From: Leucoraja ocellata
Taxonomy: Eukaryota
Direction of reading: 5' to 3'
Assembly (NCBI GenBank): GCA_036785375.1
Contig: JAWMAR010000427.1
Location: 1 to 64,000, forward strand
Length of the DNA stretch: 64,000 bases
Shown: positions 34,741-45,339 of the stretch, one piece after another
How the letters are laid out: each line of letters starts with the position of its first letter
How positions within the stretch are numbered: position 1 is the first letter of the stretch
Translations under genes and position numbers: made by a program
Notes under the pieces: generated by a model
Seen by the model: only the letters and a program-made list of their open reading frames with translations
Told to the model about the DNA's origin: nothing
Database searches by the model: none

Positions 34741-35229
34741 GTGCAGAGTAGGTTTATAAGGTTAATTCCCGGGATGGCGGGACTGTCATATGCTGAGAGA
34801 ATGGAGCAGCTGGGCTTGTATACTCTGGAGTTTAGAAGGATGAGAGGAAAAACATATAAGATTATTAAAGGTTTGGACACGCTAGAGGCAGGAAACATGT
34901 TCCCGATGTTGGGGGAGTCCAGAACCAGGGGCCACAGTTTAAGAATAAGGGGTAAACCATTTAGAACGGAGACGAGGAAACACTTTTTCTCACAGAAAGT
35001 TGTGAGTCTGTGGAATTCTCTACCTCAGAGGGTGGTGGAGGCCGGTCCTCTGGATACTTTCAAGAGAGAGCTAGATAGGGCTCTTAAAGATAGCGGAGTC
35101 AGGGGATCTGGAGAGAAGGGCAGGAACGGGATACTGATTGGAGATGATCAGCCATGATCACATTGAATGGCGGTGCTGGCTTGAGGGGCCGAATGGCCTA
35201 CTACTGCACCTATTGTCTATTGTCTATTG
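34741..35229 (+). mobile_element. Young 5'-truncated CR1/HER1 LINE inserted into an older antisense CR1
   Basis: Open frame QSRFIRLIPGMAGLSYAERMEQLGLYTLEFRRMRG...WNSLPQRVVEAG; tail (ctattgt)n; interrupts the older - strand CR1 (~34395-35635). Confidence 0.88.
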
Positions 35230-35959
35230 AATCTCTTCTGCACTCTCTCTTATTACCACATCCTTTCTGCAGTGCAGTGACCAGAATGGTACACAACATT
35301 CCAAATGTAGTCTAACAAATGTTTTTCCTGGTCACACCATGATGTCCCTACTCTTGCACTCATAGCCTTGGCCTATGATGTCAAACATACCAAATGCCTT
35401 CTTCACCCCCCTGTCCACATGTGTCACCACTTTCAGGGAGCCATGGATTGCACCCCAAGATCTCTCTGTACATCACCTGACATCCCTGCCATTCACTGTA
35501 TGTGTCCTGTTAGTTTCCAACTTCCCAAAATGCGTTACCTCACACTTGCTTGGATTAAATTGCATCTTCCAGTGTTCTACTCAATTTACTATGTCCCTCT
35601 TTATCCTTCATAACTTTCTTCACTATCTCTAACTACTGTGGGGAGAATCTAGAATTAGGTGTTTATCGTTCAAAAGTAAAGAGTCATCCATTTAAGAGAG
35701 AAAGATGAGGCAAATTCTTGCACTCTCAAAGATTTTTTTTCCCCGGGAAGAGATATCGGGAAGAGATATCCAAGCAAGGGGGAATGGTTGCATTGGCTGT
35801 GTGGAATTAAGGTTACAATTACACCAGCCACCATCTTATTAAATGCTGGAGTAGGTTTGAGGGGCCAGGTGGCCAATCGTGCTCTTAATTGTCTAAAACC
35901 AACTGAGAAACAACTGGGCCTACACGGTAAAGGGCAGACCCACAAAGGTGTTGCAGAAC

Positions 35960-36410
35960 AGAGAGATCTGGCAATACTGGTACAAGGTTCCTAAAAGTGG
36001 TGAGTCAGGTGGACAGTGAAGAAGGCATTGTTTGCTGTCGTTGGGGAGAGTATTGAGTACAAATGTGGCACATGATTATGCAGCTGTACAACTCGTTGGT
36101 GAGACCTCACTTAGACAGGGCTGGGACTTTTTTCTTTGGAGCATAGGATGCCGAGGAGTGATCTTATTGAGATGAACAATATCATGAGGGGCGTGGATAA
36201 AGTGAACACTCACAGTCTTTTTCCAAGGGTGGAGGATTCTAAAACTAGAGGGCATAGGCTTAAGGTGAGAGGGAAGAGATTTAAGAGACCGTAGAGGCAA
36301 CATTTCCACTCAGTGGGGTAGTCCATATCTGGAATGAGCTGTCAAAAGGAAGCTACGAAAACAGATACAATTATGAGTTTTAAGATATTTGGACAGATAT
36401 ATGGATAGAT
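35960..36410 (+). mobile_element. CR1-type LINE fragment
   Basis: gagtattgagtac..cagctgtacaactcgttggtgagacctcac..actagagggcataggcttaaggtgagaggg..tggaatgagctg, typical ORF2 C-terminus. Confidence 0.7.
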
Positions 36411-38571
36411 ACGGGCTAATGGCTAACATCAAAGAATATCGGGGAACCAATGGGGAGATTGCCTTCCCTCACAGTGGGAAACTTTGATACCGCTGCGGGG
36501 ATGTTTATGTTATAAACTATCGTGTTCTGTGCTTTTATTTTTTTTATTCGTATGGCTGTATGAGAAAAAGCATTTTGTTGTCTCAGTGTTTGTACTATGG
36601 ACAATGACAATAAAGTTAAATCAAATCAAATCAGTTCAGTGTAGCCAATCGGTTGGCATAGACAAAGTGGGCCGAAGGGCCTGTTTCCACGCTGCACAAC
36701 TCCATGACTGAATAAAAGGAAGAACTAGTCAGAGAGCAAGACGAACTGATTCACCATAGATCTGTGTCCAGTAGACTAATGCCAGATTGGCTCTGGTTCA
36801 TAGAGAGCGTGACCAAGGGATGACAGATTGCCCTTTAGAACCCCCACAGGTTCATTAGTGGAAAGAATCAGCACGTCCCCAGCTGAATTTGCAGAATCAA
36901 GAGAGATTGATTCATTGCCATCAGTTAGAAGCAGTTTGATCCATCCCATGAACACAGGAGCAGCAGGATATCTGTCGAATGATCACTGGATAACAGGTAG
37001 ATCCATCCCACGGATAATGAAGCAGGGAGATACCTGTGATCATTGGTTTTGGGAGAAAAGATCCATGCACTTGCCGGGAACATTGGAAATATATTCTTAC
37101 ACTGAGGGTGAGTAAAGAGAATCAGGAGGACAGCGGCTGTGGGCAGTTTGCACTAGGAGGATAAGCAATCTTCAGTGACTGAGGTAACACGCCTTGCCGT
37201 CAATAGGAGCAGACTGACTGGGATAACCTGGGACCAGGAGAATACTGACGGAACAGAAGTCCTCCTCTTGAGAATGAAGTTATTCCTGCAGATATTAAGA
37301 TGTGGAGGATTACTTTTCCCCTCAAGCAATTTAAACAGAGCAGTGGATAACATCATCCATTTTTATGTTATACGGGTGCAGGGGCTATGTGTAGGATAGG
37401 ACCTACAACTGATCCTAAATTAAGTCCATAGTGTGGGTAAATAAACATATAATAACTACTAACAAATCAGTGTTCACCGCCATTCCTGGGTCGTGGAATG
37501 TTTGCTAATCTTTGTTTCCCTTCTTTCATTGTGAGGAATGTGAGGAGAAGCACATTAACTAATGTATGTACACACGGGAATGTGATCGTGGGTGTGTTCG
37601 TACACACAGAGAATTACAGCATTTCCTGGCGCTGATTGAACACGGAAAGTCTGAGGATCTGTGATAATGTTTAAAGGGGAAGTGGGCAAATATCTGGAAA
37701 AAGAGACAAGGATATGACAGGAGTGGGACTAAGTGGAGGACTCACAGTGGTCTCCCACATAAATGACAAAACACCTCTGTGCTATTGAGATGCTTAGGGG
37801 TTAAGTGTTAATGTGTGAAACATTGGCCTGTGTTTATGCTCTTGTGTGTGTGTGTGTGTGCTGTGTAGACATGCAATGGTTGTATGTGTGCATGAGTATG
37901 TGCGAGTATGGACACGTAAGGGTGTGTACGCACATGTGCATGTGTGCGTTGCCACTGGCCTGTACTGGCTCCTGTGTACACATGTAGGAGATTGTATCAA
38001 TGATGTGCACTGTAGAGCCCAGCAGATCCCTCTCTCTGCTCCAACATGGAGACATGGGGGACATCACAACAACCATTTCAGCTTCTCTGAAAGTGAAGCC
38101 CAAAGTTTTAACCAAGCCAGCTGTCGATGGTGCAACCCTGCCGAAGTTTGGCAACTTTATACATCTGGACACCAGGCGTCCTGTGATGACCTAAAGCTGC
38201 CCCAGGGTAATCAGCAGATGATCGATCATAGTCGGAAGCACTCAGATCCTCCCACACCTCTACCGTTCCTGTAATCCAGTGAATGAACTCCACTAGCAGC
38301 TCAGGAGGGGTAAACATGGCAGGTGTGTCAGCTCCTGGCTGTGGTTCTGCTCCAGTGAGTCAGTAGGGTGTTGCTCTTGGACACTGGGAGGTCTCCTGGC
38401 CAAGGGGTCACTAGAGATGTGAATAAGAAGAGTGATCAAAAGAAAAAATAAGATCCAAGAAATTCCTACCCTCCCACTTCCTAAATCCTGGCTCATTGCA
38501 CATCGCAGTTTATCCCAGGACCAGTCTTGGCTTTGGGCCATGGTGATGATGTTCGGGAGTTTCCATGAGGG

Positions 38572-38780
38572 TGGCACGGTGGTGTAGCGGTTAACACTGC
38601 TGCCTCACAGCTCCATGGACCCAGGTTCAATCCCGGCCTGGGGTCCTATCTGTGAACGTTTTGCACGTTCTCCCTGCGACCCCGTGGATTTGCCCCGAGT
38701 GCGCTGGCATCCTCCCACGGGGGTTGGTGGCCTCCAGCTCATTCCAACTCTCCACACAAAGGAGTGACATCCTACCAGTT
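38572..38780 (+). mobile_element. tRNA-derived V-SINE (HE1-like); representative of ~14 copies
   Basis: GGCACGGTGGTGTAGCGG (A box) ... GGTTCAATCCC (B box) followed by V-domain TTTGCACGTTCTCCC..GTGG.TTT..CC; other copies near 1480-1665, 3400-3545, 6315-6545, 11200-11400, 19860-20050, 27720-27905, 40430-40560, 41470-41660, 42100-42260, 44870-45010, 59760-59960, 62430-62620. Confidence 0.8.
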
Positions 38781-39073
38781 TATAAATATAGTGTGTGTGT
38801 GTGTGTGTGTGAATGTGTCTGTATGTACGCATGTCAGTAGGGTGTTGCTCTTGTGCGTACAAATCTGTGTGCATAGTCATCTCTGTATGTATGTTTGTGT
38901 GTATGTGTTAATGTGCATGTGTGTGTGTGTGTACATGCGTGCACGTAAAACAGAACATGCTGGAAAGACTCAGCAGGTCAGGTAGCATCTGTGGTGAGAC
39001 AAACAACATTTCCAGTCTGTCTTGAAATTTACTGCATCTTATCTATGTAATATGGTTAAGATGATAAACCTAA

Positions 39074-39270
39074 TGCCCCTGTCCCACTTAGGAAACCTGA
39101 ACGGAAACCCCTGGAGACTTTGTGCCCCACCCAAGGTTTCCGTGCGGTTCCCGGAGGTTTTTGTCAGTCTCCCTACCTGCTTCCACTACCTGCAACCTCC
39201 GGGAACCGCACAGAAACCTTGGGTGGGGCGCAAAGTCTCCAGTTCAGGTTTCCCAAGTGGGACAGGGGCA
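39074..39270. mobile_element. PIF/Harbinger-type hairpin MITE (197 bp)
   Basis: TGCCCCTGTCCCACTT...AAGTGGGACAGGGGCA, TAA TSD (39071-39073, 39271-39273), arms nearly perfectly complementary. Confidence 0.88.
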
Positions 39271-39631
39271 TAACTGAACGTGCTGGGGTAGAAGTCGGAA
39301 AACATCCAACAGTCTGTAAATTCTGCTGAATCAGCACCATCAAGTGTCCGATTACATGGGAGCCCATGAAGATGTCAGCGAGCACATTATCATGATCATT
39401 AATTTAACAACCAGCGTGCTATGATAATGAACGTTCATCCACAAATAATATAGTAATTTTCCAGAGTTGAGTATCAAAGTTTAAATATACAATGATATGT
39501 GCACTGTAAGGGTTTAATGTTTCTGCACACAGACATGCATTGATGTTATGCATTAACAAAGTGTGAGGGAGACTCCAGTTTAGTGTGCTTGCATGGTGCA
39601 TTAATTAGCTTGATATGATCTTTCTCCACAG

Positions 39632-39781
39632 GCATCTGTGCAGACCCTGCCACAACCGGGAAAAGGCAAAGCGACTTGGCCAGTACATCTGTCAGAAGTG
39701 TCATCTGATTATTGACGAGGTGCCACTAATGTACAAGAGTGATCCCTATCACGCTGACCATTTCAACTGCACCCACTGTGG
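39632..39781 (+). CDS. LIMS2: LIMS2 coding exon (end LIM2/LIM3)
   Basis: tttctccacag|G CAT CTG TGC...CAC TGT GG|gtacg; 150 nt; [50 protein letters not shown]; phase matches the exon ending at 2969. Confidence 0.95.
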
Positions 39782-40637
39782 GTACGTTGGCCAATCAACT
39801 CAATCATGTAGAATACCCACCCAACACGGTCTGTAACCACGGTGACACCACGCAATCCATGCCTTTGGTTAATCGTGTTAATAGAACTGTTCTTAACCTC
39901 ATTGTTGTTGCTCATCTCTTCTTCACAGATCTGGGAGGAAATATTATTACACTGATCCTTTGGTCTGTGACATCCACTGTCATCCTCTCACCAATGCCCC
40001 CCCCACCCCCCACCCACCCCCACCACTGACATTTGGAGAGACTAGGACAGACGTTGAATAAATGATATCCCTGTACAGAGACGATGGTAGTATGATTAGT
40101 ACGATGGTAGTCAGTGTGCGACTGTCCGTGTGTGTCTGTCTACATGTGACTGTAATCATGTGCCTGTTGCCATGCGACTATCCATGTGCGATTGTCCATG
40201 TGTGCCTGTCCAGCAGTGCCTACGCTACCTAAAGATTTGTATATATTCCTTCCCTCCTTGGCACACTGAAGGAGGCTATTTGGCCCGTTGGGTCCATGCT
40301 GGTGCACAGATCAATCCCATGCGCTGCCAATTCACCTGTAACCTATTCTCCCCACATTCTCATCAACTGCCCCCAGATTCTACCCATGTACACAGGAAAT
40401 TTCCAGTAACCATTTAAAAGCTTCAGATGCAAGCCATACGTCTTTGGGATATGGGAGGAAACCCATGCAGTCACCGGGATAACAGGCAAACTCCACACCG
40501 AGAGTACCGGGGTTAGATTTGAACCTGGGTCTCTGGGGCGGTGAGGCTGCTGCTCCACCAGTAAATATAAATCACTGTAAGTATTGAATGTGTTTGAAGG
40601 ATCATTGAGCTTGGATCTCACGCTGCGTGCTTTGCAG

Positions 40638-40788
40638 GAAGGAGCTCACGCCGGATGCCCGGGAGATGAAGGGGGGTCTCTACTGCCTGCCCTGCCACGA
40701 CAAGGCGGGGGTCCCCATCTGTGGGGCGTGTCGGCGACCCATCGAGGGCCGCGTGGTCAATGCCCTGGGGAAACAGTGGCACGTCGAG
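40638..40788 (+). CDS. LIMS2: LIMS2 coding exon (LIM3/LIM4)
   Basis: tttgcag|G AAG GAG CTC...CAC GTC GAG|gtggg; 151 nt; [50 protein letters not shown]. Confidence 0.95.
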
Positions 40789-41329
40789 GTGGGTGGCTGT
40801 TCCCAGGGACAGCGCGGAGTGAGTGGTTACCAAGGCCAGGGAGCTGAGAGGGCAGACTTCCCTGGCTACAGACCCCCCCTCCCTCACTTGCCAGGGTCGA
40901 CCCCACTCCTCTGGACTGACTGCCCTGCTGGACAGACCCCAACCCTCCCTGGACACTGAGCTCACCCTGTCCTGCTCAGACTCTGCCTTGCCCCAGGCAC
41001 ATCTGCCCTTCCCTGGCCTCCCCTTCTCCCTGGGCAGACTCCTCTCTTCTCAGACAGACTCTGGCTTTTCCTTTGCCCCTTCCTGGATTTTGATTCTTCC
41101 TCTCTCTGCCCACATACTTCATCTTTGCCTGGACTAACTTTACTGACCCTGCTCACTGCCCACTGACTCTACCCACTCCACACACACTGCCCCCACCCAC
41201 TCTCCGCACCCCAACCTCCCCCACCCCATCCGTGTGCCTGTCATATCCTCCTGTCCTGGGGCAGTTGTTCTGCTGCTGTTGATGTTATGGTGATTGTAAC
41301 TAAAACCCTGCCCCCTCCATTTGTTGCAG

Positions 41330-41422
41330 CATTTTGTCTGTGCCAAGTGTGAGAAACCGTTTCTGGGGCACCATCACTTTGAACGGAAAGGACTGGCCTA
41401 CTGTGAGAAGCATTACAACCAG
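41330..41422 (+). CDS. LIMS2: LIMS2 coding exon (LIM4)
   Basis: ttgttgcag|CAT TTT GTC TGT...TAC AAC CAG|gtgcg; 93 nt; [31 protein letters not shown]. Confidence 0.95.
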
Positions 41423-42551
41423 GTGCGCCCGAGTGTGGACACTTCCTTCACTTAAGTTGTTTTGTGGGCACAGTGGCGCGGCGGGAAGAGCCACAGCCTC
41501 ATAGTTTCAGACAGCCACCGTCGATCCTGATGTCAGGCGCTGCCCATGAGGAGTTTGCACGTTCTCACTGTGGGTTTCCCCTGGGTGCCCCATTACCCTC
41601 ACACATCCTGAAGATGTGCAGGTTGGTGGATTAGATTGGCTGCTGAAAATTACTCCTGGTGAGTGGGGGAATCCAGGATGGAGGGGGGGGGGGGGGGAGA
41701 TTTATGGGAAAGTGGGGAGAATAGAATCGGATCACTATGAATGGACAGCACAGACTGAGTTGACCGAAGGGCCTATTTCATTGCTTCGTCATTCTCTAGT
41801 TATATTCTGCAATGTCTTGTCAGAACCTAGCCCATGTTAATTAATCTGGCGAACCTTCCAATGTCAATATACCCCAGCTAACATCTAGTTTACATCACGA
41901 GCTGACATCCAGCTGGTGTCCATATCTGTGCACAGTATTCCCTGGGAAGAATTGTGGCAATTGAAAAAGAAAGATACAGCACAGAAACAGGTCCTTCATC
42001 CCACAGAATCCACACATCCCATTTATACCTATCCTATACAATCTTATTTCATTTTCCCTACATTCTGATCAACTGCCCTTAAATTCTATCTTGACTAAAC
42101 TAGGGACAATTTACAATGGCCAATTAACCTGCAGGTCTTGGGGATGTGAGTGGAAACCAGAGTACCCCAGGGAAGCCCATGAGGTCACAAGGAGAACGTG
42201 CAAACTCCACAGAGACAGCATTTTACGACAGGATCAAACCCAGGTCGTTGGACCCGTGATGCATTGCAGCATTGCAGTGCAGCATTAAACTGTCTCTTTA
42301 GTAATGTTGGCATGTGGAGATTGTTACTCACTTATGCAGTAATGTCGAGTACTAATGTTACTTGTACTACACTGTCACCCACTAATTCAGAAGCACTATG
42401 TCTTTATTACTGAATGCGACTCAGTATTTCAGAATTGTTATTAACTGTAATGTTAACATTTACTGTATCACCGAGTATGTGGGACTGAGCGGAACGGTGT
42501 CTCTGGGTGAGTGTGTTCTCTGACCCTCACTGCCTGTGTTTGTCTCGGCAG

Positions 42552-42600
42552 CTGTATGGAGATGTGTGCTATCACTGTAACCGGGTGATTGAGGGTGATG
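42552..42600 (+). CDS. LIMS2: LIMS2 coding exon (start LIM5)
   Basis: tctcggcag|CTG TAT GGA GAT...GGT GAT G|gtaagt; 49 nt; LYGDVCYHCNRVIEGD. Confidence 0.95.
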
Positions 42601-43610
42601 GTAAGTACCCATCCGACTGTCTCCATTCAACTCCTCCACGAGCTAATCCCACCTCCCAGACAGAGACAGATTCTATTCTCTCGCCGGCTACCCACTCAAT
42701 ATCAGTCACACAATTTGCACGGACGATTTCCTTCTCCTGTTTCTATCATCATTCCTACATTTCCCATCTCCCCTGACTCCAGCATCACTCCTGTCCTCAC
42801 CCTGCCTCCACGGTGACCAGCTCCCAAGTTACACCCTGGTGTGTGGCCCAGTGGTGCAGCTTCATATTAACTCCAGAGTTACATAGCCCAGTCTCACAGA
42901 ATGGGTTGCATAGATCAGCCTTGTACAGGCCATGCCCAGGTTAATGTGTGACCCGTGCTCACACGTACGCATGAACAAGCTCCCACAGTTGCCTGATTTA
43001 CGTACATTCCTACACACTAAAACTGGTTTCCTCTCTCTCACCAACTGGGCATTTTCCTATTTGATCAATCTGTACTTTGATGCCCTTTGTTACGGTACAG
43101 TGGAGGTATGATTACCGTACCGAGTGGTTTTTGTGTATTTTCTGAGTTACGGACAAAATCGGCTCACGGACGTCTGTAAAAACAAACTCAGTCATTCCCT
43201 GAGTATGTGTCGATTACACATGTAACTGCCATGTGAGTGCAGGAATACTGTAGTGAAATGGGTTTAACATTAGGCCGGGCTGGTGATGCCCAAAAACACT
43301 TCTTCACAGTTTAAATTGGGGATGATCTGCCTCCAATGGCAGAGATGGGATGGAGGGCAGCAGCATGAGGAGCCAAGACAGGAGCACAGAGGTTAGACTG
43401 TGTCCCCATGTGTATTGGTCCCTGGGGATAGTGGAACTGAGGCAGGGGCACTGAGGTTGGACCGCATCCCCCATAGTTTGGGCAGAGGGTTAAGGGGACT
43501 AAATGGTCTGCTCCTGTTGCCAAGCAACCCAGTTGCGTCAAGCGACGGGCACCTGGTTGAACAGTGAGTGGTTTGGAGGTGAAAGTGACAGCATCCATTT
43601 TATGTTACAG

Positions 43611-43686
43611 TGGTGTCGGCTCTCAACAAGTCCTGGTGTGTTCACTGTTTCGCTTGCTCCAACTGTCACTCCAAGCTCACCCTGAA
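43611..43686 (+). CDS. LIMS2: LIMS2 coding exon (LIM5)
   Basis: tatgttacag|TG GTG TCG GCT CTC AAC AAG...ACC CTG AA|gtaagt; 76 nt; [26 protein letters not shown]. Confidence 0.95.
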
Positions 43687-43869
43687 GTAAGTACCTGCCT
43701 CTACCGTTGCTCATACTAATCTCTCTCTCCTGCACCCACCTGCCACCGTCAGAGGCCGACTGGATTTCAGAAACTTTCCTCACTGCCGCCATGTCGATGA
43801 CTATCATAGATCATCCTCACACAACTGTCAGAGTGTTACACACAATGACGATGCTTTCCCATCAGTCTT

Positions 43870-44576
43870 ATGCTGCCGGCCAATCCAGTAGTGCCTTGGA
43901 GGACCGAGAGCAAGGCCTTGGAGGACCGAGAGCAAGTGTTCACCAAAAGCGTCACCGAGTCTACGTTTGGTCTTGCTGATGTTCAGGGTGCCACATTGGC
44001 AACACTGGATGCAGTAGATGGAGTTAGACATGGTGCACATGAACCTCTGTCTCACTTGGAAGGACTGCTGGGGTCCCTAGATGGAGATGAGGGAGGAGGT
44101 GTAGCGACAAGTGGTTGCAGAGGAAGGTACGTGGGGAGGGAAGGAATGTGTGATCCAAGGAGTTGTGGAGGAAACGGTAGGCGGAAAGGGGAGGAGATGT
44201 GACTGGTAGTGGGATCACTTTGGAGGTGGTGGAAATGTCGGATGTGTTTGATGAGAAGGCTGGTTGGGTGAAAGGTGGGGACCGGGAAAATTCTATCCTT
44301 GTTCCATCTGGGGGGAAGTGGAGTGAGACCAGAACTGAGGACACAAGAGGAAATGTGGGATCCATCTGTGACTGTCATAGATGCGATATAGGGGGGAAAA
44401 CCATGTTAAGGTTAGGAAAGAGGATATCATGGATGTCCAAGAATGGAAAGCCTCGTCTTGGGTGCAAATGCGGCTGAAATGGAGGAATTGAGAGTAGGGG
44501 CTAGTGCCTTTGCAGGAGGCAGGGTGAGAGGAGGTGTAGTCCATATAACTGTGGCAGTTGGTACGTTTACAGTGGA
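43870..44576 (-). mobile_element. Decayed Penelope-like element ORF (RT thumb, linker, GIY-YIG endonuclease)
   Basis: Frameshifted translations HSYMDYTSSHPASCK..PYSQFL..RICTQDEAF, KDRIFPVPTFHP..HFHHLQSDPTTSHI, RFMCTMSNSIYCIQCCQCG....KTKRRLGDAFGEHLLSV. Confidence 0.85.
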
Positions 44577-45224
44577 TAGAAACATAGAAAATAGGTGCAG
44601 GAGGGGGCCATTCGGCCATTCGAGCCAGCACCGCCATTCATTGTGATCATGGCTGATCGTCCCCAATCAATAACCCGTGCCTGCTTTCTCCCCATATCCC
44701 TTGATTCCACCAGCCCCTAGAGCTGTATCTAACTCTCTCTTAAATCCATCCAGTGACTTGGCCTCCACTGCCCTCTGTGGCAGGGAGTTGATAGTCTGGC
44801 CCCAGTCTTGGCTACAGAGAAATCATCTGAAGGGCCACTCCCTCCAGATTCCGGCACTCACCTACACACTGCAGGCAACCAATTAACCCACCAATATGCA
44901 TGTCTTTAGGATGTGGGAGGTAACCGGAGCACGCAGGGGAAACCCACGCAAACTCCACTCAGACAGCACCTGAGGTTAGGATTAAACCCGGTCTCCGGCG
45001 CTGTGAAGTGGTGGCTGTACCCTGTGGGAGTGATGGGTCACCTGTGATTTTCCTGGATCCAGAGGTCTGGCTTTGACTCCATGGAGGATGTTGCCTGTGA
45101 TGGGGGAGCTGGTCCTTAGCGTCCTCGGAGGTTCCTCTCCCGGGAATACTGGTGCAGGTTCGGAGTTTGGCTGCAGGCGTCCCGTGACGGTTGTGAGTCT
45201 GAGCGGGTTGTGTCTTTTGTGCAG

Positions 45225-45339
45225 GAACAGGTTTGTGGAGTTCGACATGAAGCCCGTGTGCAAACGATGTTACGAGAAGTTCCCGCTGGAACTGAAGAAG
45301 CGACTGAAGAAGCTGTCTGAGAGAAACACTCGGAAGTAA
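45225..45339 (+). CDS. LIMS2: LIMS2 terminal coding exon (end LIM5 + basic C-terminal tail, stop TAA)
   Basis: ttttgtgcag|G AAC AGG TTT GTG GAG TTC...CGG AAG TAA; [37 protein letters not shown]; spliced CDS from 933 totals 978 nt = 325 aa + stop. Confidence 0.93.

Noticed and set aside
38572-38640. tRNA-like A/B boxes
   Set aside because: Head of a tRNA-derived V-SINE; no full cloverleaf and followed by the SINE body.
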